In this document: positions 18,570 through 26,222 of the stretch, piece by piece
Layout of the letters: every line of letters begins with the position of its first letter
Position numbering within the stretch: the first letter of the stretch is position 1
Assembly: GCA_900234795.1 (NCBI GenBank)
Contig: LT962688.1
Location: forward strand, 2,790,001 to 2,822,000
Length of the DNA: 32,000 nt
Direction of reading: 5' to 3'
DNA from: Methylorubrum extorquens
Lineage (GTDB): Bacteria; Pseudomonadota; Alphaproteobacteria; Rhizobiales; Beijerinckiaceae
Made by a program: the position numbers and the translations under genes
The notes under the pieces: model-generated
What the model saw: the letters and a program-made list of their open reading frames with translations, nothing else
Databases searched by the model: none
What the model was told of the DNA's origin: nothing

Positions 18570-18629
18570 CGGTCTCACATCGGCACGGATTCGAGACCGG
18601 CCGCCTGTTGTTCATGTGTCTCGAAGGAA

Positions 18630-18652
18630 CGGAGCGCCACGGGGACGCTCCG
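18630..18652 (-). terminator. Candidate terminator after the T1SS adaptor gene
   Basis: 7-bp stem CGGAGCG / CGCTCCG with a 9-nt loop. On the minus strand it is followed by TTCCTTCG. It lies 70 nt past the hlyD-type stop. Confidence 0.35.
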
Positions 18653-18721
18653 GCGATGACATCAGCGACATCGCGGGGAGGCGGTCGCCTTATCAGACAA
18701 CCCGCCCGTGAGGCAAGATTG

Positions 18722-20068
18722 TCAGCGCTCCCGCCACGCTTTTGCAATCTGATCGGTGAGCGGCTTGGTGAGATAGGACAGGACGGAGCGTTCCCCGATC
18801 TGGGTAAAGGACTCGACCGGCATGCCCGGCACGAGGCGCAGGCCCTTCAGACGCTCCTTCTGATCCTCGCGGATGCGAATCCGCGCCGTGTAGTAGCTCT
18901 GCCCGGTCTTGACGTCCTGGGTCACGTCGGCCGAGACGCGGACCACCTCGCCGTCGATCTCCGGCGTCGTGCGCGTGTTGAAGGCAGCGAAGCGCAACAC
19001 CGCCTTCTGTCCGACCCGCACGTTGTCGATGTCCTGGGGCTGCACCCGCACTTCGACGAGGAGCTGGTCGGAGGCCGGCACGATCAGCATCGCCGGCTCG
19101 CTCGGGGTCACGAGCCCGCCCACCGTGTGCACGCTCATCTGGTGCACGAAGCCGTCCTGCGGCGCGCGCAGCTCGACCCGCTTGAGCTGGTCTTCCGCCG
19201 CCACGCGCTTCTCGCGCAATTCCGACCACTTGCCGCGGATCTCGGCGAGATCCTTTCCGACTTCGGTGCGCATCTCGCTGTCGATCTGGATGATCTGCAG
19301 CTCGGTCTCGGCGATCTTGCCACGCGCCGAGGCCGTCGAGGCGACGAGCTGGCCGCGCTCGCCTTCGAGCCGAGCGGCGTCGCGCTCCAGGGCGGTGACG
19401 CGCGAGAGCGGCACGAGGTTCTTGGCATAGAGGTCGCGCACGCCGCCGAGTTCGTGGCCGATCAGGTTGATCTCGCGGTCCTTGGCCGCGGCCTGCTTGG
19501 TGAGCCCGGCAATCTCCTGGCGGAGTTGCTCGACGCGCTCGCGCAACTGCGCCCTCTGGCCCTCGCGGCCGGCAACGCGAGAAGCGAACAGGCGCGATTC
19601 GCCGTCGATCAGCCGGGCGACGCTCGGATCGTCGTTGATGCGGGCAACGAGGTCGGGAGGGAAGGTGATCGTCTTGAGCCCGTCGCGCTCAGCTTCGTCG
19701 CGGGCGCCCCGCGCTGACAGCTCGTCCATGGCCTTGAGCACGATGTCGAGGTTGGCCCGGGTCTGGGTTTCATCGAGGCGGATCAGCACGTCGCCGGCCG
19801 CGACCCGCTGGCCCTCGCGCGCGAGGAGCTGGCCGACGACACCGCCGGTGGGGTGCTGCACCTTCTTCACGTCGGTCTCGACCACGAGCTGGCCCGGCGC
19901 GATCACCGCGGCCGAGATCTCGGTGAAGGTGGCCCAGCCGCCGACGCCGAGGACGAGGGCGGCGGAGAGGCCGATCGCGACGGTGAGGTGGCTGCGGATC
20001 GAGCCGTGGGCGACGGGACGCGGCAGTGCCGGGGGGAGAACGTCGAGGGGGGCCAGGGTCGTGGACAT
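18722..20068 (-). CDS. HlyD-family type I secretion periplasmic adaptor
   Basis: 448 aa with an N-terminal TM segment, a long coiled-coil middle region and a C-terminal beta-barrel region typical of HlyD/PrtE. Its start overlaps the upstream ABC gene stop by 1 nt (TGATG). Confidence 0.88.
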   Translation of the reverse strand: MSTTLAPLDVLPPALPRPVAHGSIRSHLTVAIGLSAALVLGVGGWATFTEISAAVIAPGQLVVETDVKKVQHPTGGVVGQLLAREGQRVAAGDVLIRLDETQTRANLDIVLKAMDELSARGARDEAERDGLKTITFPPDLVARINDDPSVARLIDGESRLFASRVAGREGQRAQLRERVEQLRQEIAGLTKQAAAKDREINLIGHELGGVRDLYAKNLVPLSRVTALERDAARLEGERGQLVASTASARGKIAETELQIIQIDSEMRTEVGKDLAEIRGKWSELREKRVAAEDQLKRVELRAPQDGFVHQMSVHTVGGLVTPSEPAMLIVPASDQLLVEVRVQPQDIDNVRVGQKAVLRFAAFNTRTTPEIDGEVVRVSADVTQDVKTGQSYYTARIRIREDQKERLKGLRLVPGMPVESFTQIGERSVLSYLTKPLTDQIAKAWRER

Positions 20069-21816
20069 CAGGCACTCTCACGGATCGAGGGCACGGCGGG
20101 CTCGGCCGCGGCCGGAATGGGGGCCGGCGCCGGGCGCAGCACGCGCTTGAGGATCTCGTCCTTGGGCCCGAAGGCCTGGACGCGGCCATCGGCCATCATC
20201 AGGATCAGGTCGAGGCCGGCAAGCGCGCTCGGCCGGTGGGCGACGACGACGCAGATGCCGCCGCGCTGCCGCACGCCGAGGATCGCCTGGGTCAGGGCGT
20301 TCTCACCCTCGGCATCGAGATTGGCGTTGGGCTCGTCGAGCACCACGAGGAAGGGCTCGCGGTAGAGCGCGCGGGCGAGCCCGACGCGCTGGCGCTGCCC
20401 GGCCGAAAGGCCCGCGCCGCCTTCGCCGATGCGGGTGTCGTAGCCTTCCGGCAGCCGCAGGATCAGCTCGTGAACCTCGGCTGCCTTGGCCGCCGCGATG
20501 ATGGCCTCGGCCGGTGCGCCCGGCTCGAAGCGAGCGATGTTCTCGGCCACGCTGCCGGCGAAGAGTTCGACCTCTTGCGGCAGGAAGCCGATATGCGGGC
20601 CGAGGTCTCCGCTCGTCCATTGATCCAAGGCGGCACCGTCGAACCGGACCTTTCCGCGGATCGGCGGCCAGACGCCGACAAGGGCTCGCACAAGGGAAGA
20701 CTTGCCGGAGGCCGAGGGGCCGATGATGCCGAGCCCCTGCCCCGCTCTGAGGCCGAAGCTCACATCCTGGACCACGAGCCGCGGCGTGCCGGGCGGGGCG
20801 ATGCTGGCGCCCTCGACGGAGATGGTCTCGCTCGGCGCCGGTAGGGCGTGCGGACGCTCGGTCTGCGGCAGCCGGGCCAGCAGCTCCGACAGCCGATGCC
20901 AGCTCTGCCGCGCGGCGACGAAGCCCTTCCAGTTGGCGATGGTGAGTTCCGCGGGCGCGAGCGCACGGGAGACGAGGATCGAGCTCGCGATGATGACGCC
21001 GGCGCTGGCCTCGTTATGGATGACGAGCCAGGCGCCGAGCGCGAGCACGCCCGATTGCAGGGCCATGCGGAACACCTTGGAACCGGCACCGTAGCCGCTG
21101 CCGGCATCCGACACGGCCTGATGCGCCTCCATATATTCGCGGTTGGCTCCGGCCCAGCGAGCGGCGAGCCGCTCCTGCATGCCCATGGCGGCCAGCACCT
21201 CGGCGTTGCGGCGGCCGGCTTCGGCCAGACCGTTGCGGCGCATGCCGTGGCCGGTCGCAGCCCGCGTCGGGCCCTTGCTGGCGCGGTCGGTCATAAAGGT
21301 CAGGGCGGCGAGAATGCCCATGCCGACGAGGGCGGCGACACCGATCAGCGGGTGAAACAGGAAGCAGATCAGCAGATAGACCGGCATCCAGGGCAGATCG
21401 AAGAAGGCGGAAGGACCGGAACCGGACAGGAACGCGCGGAGCTGATCAAGGTCGCGCAAGGGCAGAAGGCCATCGCCCTGGGTCGTGCCTTTGAGCGGCG
21501 CGCGCACCACGAGATCGAACACCCGGCCGCTCAGGGCCTCGTCGAGGGCAGCGCCGACACGGGCGAGGATCCGGCCGCGGAGGGCCTCGAGCACGCCCTG
21601 GAACGCATAGAGCACGAGGGCGAGGGCCGCGAGGCCGATCAGGGTCGGCACCGAACGGCTCGGGATCACCCGGTCGTAGACTTCGAGCATGAAGAACGAA
21701 CCGGTGAGATAGAGAATGTTCACCAGCCCGCTCATCACGGCCACGCCGATGAACGCCGTCTTGCATCGCGCCAGAGCGGCGGCGATTTCGTTCTTTTCGT
21801 GCCTAACGTTCACCAT
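20068..21816 (-). CDS. Type I secretion system permease/ATPase (PrtD/HasD type, no C39 peptidase domain)
   Basis: N-terminal 6-TM region. Walker A GPSASGKSS, ABC signature LSAGQRQR, Walker B LVVLDEP. The ATG at 21816 follows GGGG. The longer track start at 21855 would sit at the predicted transcription start. Confidence 0.88.
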   Translation of the reverse strand: MVNVRHEKNEIAAALARCKTAFIGVAVMSGLVNILYLTGSFFMLEVYDRVIPSRSVPTLIGLAALALVLYAFQGVLEALRGRILARVGAALDEALSGRVFDLVVRAPLKGTTQGDGLLPLRDLDQLRAFLSGSGPSAFFDLPWMPVYLLICFLFHPLIGVAALVGMGILAALTFMTDRASKGPTRAATGHGMRRNGLAEAGRRNAEVLAAMGMQERLAARWAGANREYMEAHQAVSDAGSGYGAGSKVFRMALQSGVLALGAWLVIHNEASAGVIIASSILVSRALAPAELTIANWKGFVAARQSWHRLSELLARLPQTERPHALPAPSETISVEGASIAPPGTPRLVVQDVSFGLRAGQGLGIIGPSASGKSSLVRALVGVWPPIRGKVRFDGAALDQWTSGDLGPHIGFLPQEVELFAGSVAENIARFEPGAPAEAIIAAAKAAEVHELILRLPEGYDTRIGEGGAGLSAGQRQRVGLARALYREPFLVVLDEPNANLDAEGENALTQAILGVRQRGGICVVVAHRPSALAGLDLILMMADGRVQAFGPKDEILKRVLRPAPAPIPAAAEPAVPSIRESA

Positions 21817-21865
21817 CGTACCCCTTGATTGCCCGCGGTCTGGATTTGCCGCCATTCCGACCGCT

Positions 21866-21880
21866 GCGCGACCCGTGCCA
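21866..21880 (-). promoter_or_regulatory. Candidate sigma-54 -24/-12 promoter for the T1SS operon
   Basis: The minus strand reads TGGCACG-GGTC-GCGCA. The -24 heptamer is perfect and GC sits at the canonical 10-nt spacing, but the -12 element is GCGCA instead of TTGCA. The predicted TSS is near 21855, about 38 nt upstream of the ATG at 21816. Confidence 0.4.
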
Positions 21881-22138
21881 AGTGAGCGTCTTGAAAGTTA
21901 AAAATGCGACCAAATTTCAGCATAGGTGCTCTCATCAGAACGGATTACACCTTTGGGCCTACGGGCATATTGAATACATTCTCAAATTTCGTCATCGCCG
22001 ACAGATTGACCAAATGCGGCCGGTATTAATATTCCGCAAGGTCAGATCATGTTCCGGCTCAATATTTGCCGCGCTCGAAAGCGAATTCAAATAGCGTAAC
22101 TCGTCCCGGAGCGGATATCCGGCAAGGTCCACGGAACG

Positions 22139-22167
22139 AAAAAACCGCCGGTTCGATGGACCGGCGG
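22139..22167 (-). terminator. Rho-independent terminator of the puf operon
   Basis: 8-bp GC stem (22145-22152 with 22160-22167) and a 7-nt loop. On the minus strand it is followed by UUUUUU (22144-22139). It lies about 47 nt past the pufC stop. Confidence 0.85.
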
Positions 22168-22213
22168 CGTTTCGTTTCCCGATACGCTAAACTTTGAACG
22201 GAGCGGCAACTTG

Positions 22214-23323
22214 CTATTGTGGTGGTGACGCGGGTGCCTCCGGTATTGGCTCGGGCGTTTCGGGAGTCGGCGGCACGGCCGCCATCTCGGCGGTCGGCCG
22301 TGCCAGTTCCGGATAGCTGTCGATAACGTGCGCACCCGCCAGCGGCTTGCTCTGGCCATTGTGGCATGTGGCGCAGTTCAGCTTCGGTGCGTCTCCGGTC
22401 GGACCGAGGCGGTTTGCCGGGAAGGTCGTCGTCAGCGGCTCGATGTAGTCGCCGTTGAGATCGCGCACCATCCGAATCGCGTGCCAGGCCAGCGTGCGCT
22501 GCGGCGTGCTCTGCGACCAGTTCGAGACCGCCCGGGTGTTGTGGCAGTAGGTGCAGTTCACGCCCAGCGACGACGACATGTGCATCATCAGGCCGTAGGT
22601 CCGCTCGGCGGCCTGGATCGGCTTGCCCTTGCTCTCCGGCAGCGCCGTCGTCGCGTTGACGCGGATGAGGTTCTCGTCGGCGTCCTTCTTGCCGAAGAAT
22701 TCGCTCAGCGTGTCGTAGGGCAGCGAGGCGAGGCCGACGGAGGGTGAGGCCATGTTCTGCCCATTGTTGCGGGCGATGAAGCCGGTCTTGTAGTTCGGCC
22801 CCGGATTCTGGAACCAGATCTGCGCCGGCACGGGTTTTCCACGGTGGCAGGTGTAGCAGTTCACCCCCGCCTCGCCGACATGCTTCTCCTTCCAGGTGGT
22901 GTTGATGTGCTGCACCATCTGGATCATCCGCCGGGCGACCTGCTTCTGATAGAGGCTGTCATCGGCCATGTTCTCGGTATTGTGGCAGTAGGTGCAGCCC
23001 TGCTCCGGGCTGACCCATTCCGTCATTGAGACCATCAGGCGGTTGAATTCCTCGACGCTGAGATCTTTGAGAACCTTCACGTTCTCGTAGACCGCGCCGG
23101 CCTTCTCGGTGCCGGCCTCGACCGGCTCGGCCGGGGCTGGCGAAATGTTGGCGGCCTTCAGTGCCGCCGCGCCGGCCTTGGTCTGGATCTGATCCATGCC
23201 CGTGCCGCGGAAGCCGTGCTGCTGGGCGAGGATCGGCGGCCTGGTCCAGCCCGCCGTGCCGAACTGGGCGATGGTGAGAAACAGGGCGACGACCGCGCCC
23301 GCGACGACGAGCAGAGTCTTCAT
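22214..23323 (-). CDS. pufC: Photosynthetic reaction-centre tetraheme cytochrome c subunit
   Basis: Four CxxCH motifs (CTYCH, CYTCH, CTYCH, CATCH). N-terminal TM anchor without a lipobox Cys. The start overlaps the pufM stop as ATGA. Confidence 0.93.
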   Translation of the reverse strand: MKTLLVVAGAVVALFLTIAQFGTAGWTRPPILAQQHGFRGTGMDQIQTKAGAAALKAANISPAPAEPVEAGTEKAGAVYENVKVLKDLSVEEFNRLMVSMTEWVSPEQGCTYCHNTENMADDSLYQKQVARRMIQMVQHINTTWKEKHVGEAGVNCYTCHRGKPVPAQIWFQNPGPNYKTGFIARNNGQNMASPSVGLASLPYDTLSEFFGKKDADENLIRVNATTALPESKGKPIQAAERTYGLMMHMSSSLGVNCTYCHNTRAVSNWSQSTPQRTLAWHAIRMVRDLNGDYIEPLTTTFPANRLGPTGDAPKLNCATCHNGQSKPLAGAHVIDSYPELARPTAEMAAVPPTPETPEPIPEAPASPPQ

Positions 23324-24297
23324 GGCGCCCCCCTCGGCGTCGCGAGCGGGTCAGTGATCGGCCCGTAGATCTGCGGGTAGGACGGCGCGACGCCGTGCTT
23401 GACCGCCCAGAGGTACCAGTTGTCCACCACCGTGCCGGTCAGCAGGATGCCGATGCCGCCGGTGATCGTCGTCAGCACCGCGAACCACCACGCCCAACGG
23501 TGAACCGATTCCATCGTGGCGTTGAAGCCCATGGTCCAGCGCCAGAACAGGGCGGCGCGCTCGGTAGCGGTGCCGCGGTCCACGATCTGGTCGATCTCAC
23601 GCTCGGCGCCGTAGCGGCTGGTGGCGAGAATCGTGCCCCCGTGCATGGCGAAGAGCAGCGTCGACCCGTAGAGGAAGACGATCGAGAGCATGTGGAACGG
23701 GTTGTAGAACAGGTTTCCGTAGCGCAGCGAGAACGCGGCGGTCCAATCGAGGTGGGGGAAGATGCCGAAGGGCACCGCCTCGCTCCACGAGCCCATCAGA
23801 AGCGGGCGGATGAAGCCGAGCACGAGGTAGAGCCAGATCGCCGAGGCGAAGGCCCAGGGCACGTGCGTGCCCATGCCGAGCGCCCGGGCGCGGCGGTACA
23901 TCCGCACCCACCACAGCAGGATCGAGGCGGTGAGGAAGAAGCCGGCGATCAGCCACCAGCCGCCCTCGTTGAGCGGCGGCAGCACCTTGAGCCCGTATTT
24001 GGGCAGCGGCGGCTCGAGCGCGAGCCAGGGGAGCTGGCGGACGAACTGGATCGGGTCCCAGTTCACGCTGGCCCACATGTTGAGGCCGATGATCTCGAAG
24101 GCGATCAGGCCGCAGGCGAAGGACAAAGCCCCGAGATAGCCGCCGTAGATCGGCCCGACCTGGCTGTTGCCGATCAGCCCGAACAGGTAGCTGTTGAACG
24201 GCTTGCCGATGCGGGCGTCGGACGAAATCGGAATGCCGTGTTCCGGCTCGACCGGACGGACCTGCACCTGCGTGAAGATGTTCTGATAATAGGCCAC
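23320..24297 (-). CDS. pufM: Photosynthetic reaction-centre M subunit
   Basis: 325 aa with five TM helices and the conserved stretches FFxxLxxHGxT... and [13 protein letters not shown] start at 24295-24297 preceded by GGGAGGAA. Confidence 0.95.
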   Translation of the reverse strand: MAYYQNIFTQVQVRPVEPEHGIPISSDARIGKPFNSYLFGLIGNSQVGPIYGGYLGALSFACGLIAFEIIGLNMWASVNWDPIQFVRQLPWLALEPPLPKYGLKVLPPLNEGGWWLIAGFFLTASILLWWVRMYRRARALGMGTHVPWAFASAIWLYLVLGFIRPLLMGSWSEAVPFGIFPHLDWTAAFSLRYGNLFYNPFHMLSIVFLYGSTLLFAMHGGTILATSRYGAEREIDQIVDRGTATERAALFWRWTMGFNATMESVHRWAWWFAVLTTITGGIGILLTGTVVDNWYLWAVKHGVAPSYPQIYGPITDPLATPRGAP

Positions 24298-24418
24298 GGC
24301 GGCTTCCTCCCTGGACCCGCGGTCGTTCGAGGCTCACGCCGTCGGCGGAGACCCCGAGCCCCGAAGATCGAACCTGCGCTTCAGGCCGGCCGGCGCGGAT
24401 GCCGGGCGGCGATCCGGT

Positions 24419-25243
24419 TCACCGCCACACGGGCAGGTTGAGCCACCAGCCCCACCATTCCGGCCACCCTTGCGTCCAGAAGGGCCCCGAGATGACGATG
24501 CAGACCGCGCTCCAGAATCCGGCGGAGAGCGCGAGGAACAGGCCGAGCCGGTGGATGCCCAGCGTGCCGATCGAGTAGCCGATCGTGTCGCGGAAATAGG
24601 TGTCCTCGTGCTCGGGCGTCTTCACCGTCTCGCCCTTGGCGGGATTGGTCGAGGACAGGATCAGCGAGCCGTGCAGCGCCAGCGCGAAAGTCGTCGTGAA
24701 GAAGAACGTCACGGCGAGCATGTGCGCGGGATTGTAGTGGAAGTGCAGATACTGGTAGCCGGTGTTCGACACCCAATCGAGATGGGAGAGGATGCCGTAG
24801 GGAAAGCCGTAGCCCCAGGCGCCCATCAGGAACGGGCGGATCACCACCAGCGAGACATAGGCGAAGATCGCCACCGCGAAGGCGAATGGCACGTGGTAGC
24901 CGATGCCGAGCTTGCGGCAGATCTCGACCTCGCGCAGCGCCCAGGACACGAACGACCCGATCGCGCAGAAGGTAATGATCTGCCACAGGCCCCCTTCCTT
25001 CAGGGGTGCCAGCGCCAGCCCGTATTTCAGGTCGGGCGGCGCGATGTTGATCTGCCAGATGTTCCAGGTCGGGCCGATAGCCGCGCCGTAGAGGATCAGT
25101 GCGGTGCCGAGCACCGAGAAGAAGATCGTCGTGACGCCGAAGAAGCCGACGTAGAACGGCCCCACCCAGAAATCGAACAGGTCACCGCCCAGCAGAGTGC
25201 CGCCGCGGACCCGGTATTTGCGCTCGAAGCTCAGCATCGCCAT
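24419..25243 (-). CDS. pufL: Photosynthetic reaction-centre L subunit
   Basis: 274 aa. N-terminus [36 protein letters not shown], with HLDWVSN and FHYNPAHM. Confidence 0.95.
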   Translation of the reverse strand: MAMLSFERKYRVRGGTLLGGDLFDFWVGPFYVGFFGVTTIFFSVLGTALILYGAAIGPTWNIWQINIAPPDLKYGLALAPLKEGGLWQIITFCAIGSFVSWALREVEICRKLGIGYHVPFAFAVAIFAYVSLVVIRPFLMGAWGYGFPYGILSHLDWVSNTGYQYLHFHYNPAHMLAVTFFFTTTFALALHGSLILSSTNPAKGETVKTPEHEDTYFRDTIGYSIGTLGIHRLGLFLALSAGFWSAVCIVISGPFWTQGWPEWWGWWLNLPVWR

Positions 25244-25318
25244 GGCGGAAATCCCCGCGGTGAGGACGAAGGATGCCGGGGCGGACCCGAAAGAGCCTGC
25301 CCGCGGCAGAACCGGCGG

Positions 25319-25507
25319 TCAGGCCGGCATCGTCGGGAGGACGAGGCTGTGGGCGGCGGCCGCCTTCGCGTCCTTCGGGCCTTCCAACCAGTTGAACCGG
25401 TCGGTGCTGAGCAGGATGAAGTGGATCAGCAGCGCCAGGACGAACAGGAAGGTGAAAAGCGCGACGAGGGTGCGCCGGGGATCGAACAGAAGCCAGATCT
25501 TGTGCAT
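25319..25507 (-). CDS. pufA: Light-harvesting 1 alpha polypeptide
   Basis: 62 aa, [43 protein letters not shown]..., with the BChl-ligand His in the TM helix. GGAGA SD lies in the 11-nt gap after pufB. The track ORF is extended upstream to 25609. Confidence 0.92.
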   Translation of the reverse strand: MHKIWLLFDPRRTLVALFTFLFVLALLIHFILLSTDRFNWLEGPKDAKAAAAHSLVLPTMPA

Positions 25508-25518
25508 CGCGCGTCTCC

Positions 25519-25749
25519 TCAGCCGATCATCGACACAAGGCCGTGGGCAGCGTTGGTCACGCCGTCGAGCAGGGCGTAGCCCTTCGGCCCGGGCAACCAG
25601 GGGCGCCACAGCCAGACGAGAATGTGGGCGACCACGGCGATGGCCGTGAAGATGATGAAGCTCGTCAGGAAGATCGCGTGAAATTCCTTGGCTTCGGGTT
25701 CCGTCAGCCCGGACAGGCTGCTCGGTCTTTCCATGATACCGTTCGCCAT
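25519..25749 (-). CDS. pufB: Light-harvesting 1 beta polypeptide with C-terminal extension
   Basis: 76 aa, [16 protein letters not shown]...[18 protein letters not shown] followed by [25 protein letters not shown] lies 8 nt upstream of the ATG. Confidence 0.92.
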   Translation of the reverse strand: MANGIMERPSSLSGLTEPEAKEFHAIFLTSFIIFTAIAVVAHILVWLWRPWLPGPKGYALLDGVTNAAHGLVSMIG

Positions 25750-25799
25750 CGATCGAACCTCCGCTGGTTATGCCGCGCGTTGACAGGCGTGGCGGGTGT

Positions 25800-25825
25800 C
25801 GCCGTGACCCGATGACATCACGGCG
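25800..25825 (-). other. pufB 5'-leader stem-loop
   Basis: Perfect 8-bp stem CGCCGTGA / TCACGGCG with a 10-nt loop, about 50 nt upstream of the pufB ATG. Confidence 0.5.
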
Positions 25826-25867
25826 CAGGGATCCCCCGTGTCACCGCACGGAAGTTCTGAAGCGCTG

Positions 25868-25910
25868 GCGCAGCGTCGCGAAAGGCGGGTGCCGGTTCGC
25901 GACGCTGCGC
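25868..25910 (-). other. Strong stem-loop immediately after pufQ and upstream of pufB
   Basis: Perfect 15-bp stem (25868-25882 with 25896-25910) and a 13-nt loop. It starts 8 nt after the pufQ-like stop and has no U-tract. Confidence 0.7.
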
Positions 25911-25917
25911 TGGGTCC

Positions 25918-26151
25918 CTAGCCCATGAAGGCAAACGGGATCGCCGAGACGGCCATGGCCTTGGCCTCGCCGAAGACGGAGCGGCGCATCGGCGCCAGAC
26001 CGCGCCGCGGCGCGGTGCTCGGCCGGAAACGCTGCACCAGGGCGGCGGCGAGGAAGAACGGGTAGGTGGCAGCGAGGATGATCCGGAACTGGACCGCCTC
26101 ACTGTGCAGCCGCGACGACGCGGGCATCGATCGTTGCATGACCACTCCCAT
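25918..26151 (-). CDS. pufQ: PufQ-like small membrane protein
   Basis: 77 aa, MGVVMQRSMPASSRLHSEAVQFRIILAATYPFFLAAALVQRF...IPFAFMG, with one hydrophobic helix. It sits between bchZ and pufB as Rhodobacter pufQ does. GGAG lies 9 nt upstream and GC3 is high. It is hidden in the tail of a spurious 467-aa track ORF. An alternative ATG is at 26139. Confidence 0.55.
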   Translation of the reverse strand: MGVVMQRSMPASSRLHSEAVQFRIILAATYPFFLAAALVQRFRPSTAPRRGLAPMRRSVFGEAKAMAVSAIPFAFMG

Positions 26152-26222
26152 GACTTGGTACTCCGCAATCTGTCCGGCTCCGCGAGGGGCCGGAGGGTGA
26201 AGGGGATGAAGGAGACCCGCGG

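Noticed and set aside
21904-22029. 41-codon plus-strand ORF (MRPNFSIGALIRTDYTFGPTGILNTFSNFVIADRLTKCGRY) in the AT-rich island
   Set aside because: It has no convincing SD and AT-rich codons unlike any confident gene here. There is no hydrophobic or leader-peptide signature, and it reads towards the pufC 3' end. It is kept only as a possibility under the AT-island finding.
21825-22094. 89-aa plus-strand and 102-aa or 90-aa minus-strand ORFs (22059-22367, 22087-22359) around the pufC 3' end
   Set aside because: They overlap the terminator and pufC or run through the AT-rich spacer. They have no SD and junk-like composition.
25244-25318. pufA-pufL intercistronic hairpin analogous to the R. capsulatus stabiliser
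   Set aside because: Only short stems are visible (for example CTGCC-GCG-GGCAG at 25297-25309). Nothing compares with the strong hairpins upstream of pufB, so there is too little evidence to call a stabilising element by eye.
25797-25817. TGT-N15-ACA palindrome upstream of pufB as a PpsR site
   Set aside because: The spacing is 15, not 12. The sequence is better explained as part of the 8-bp leader stem-loop at 25800-25825.
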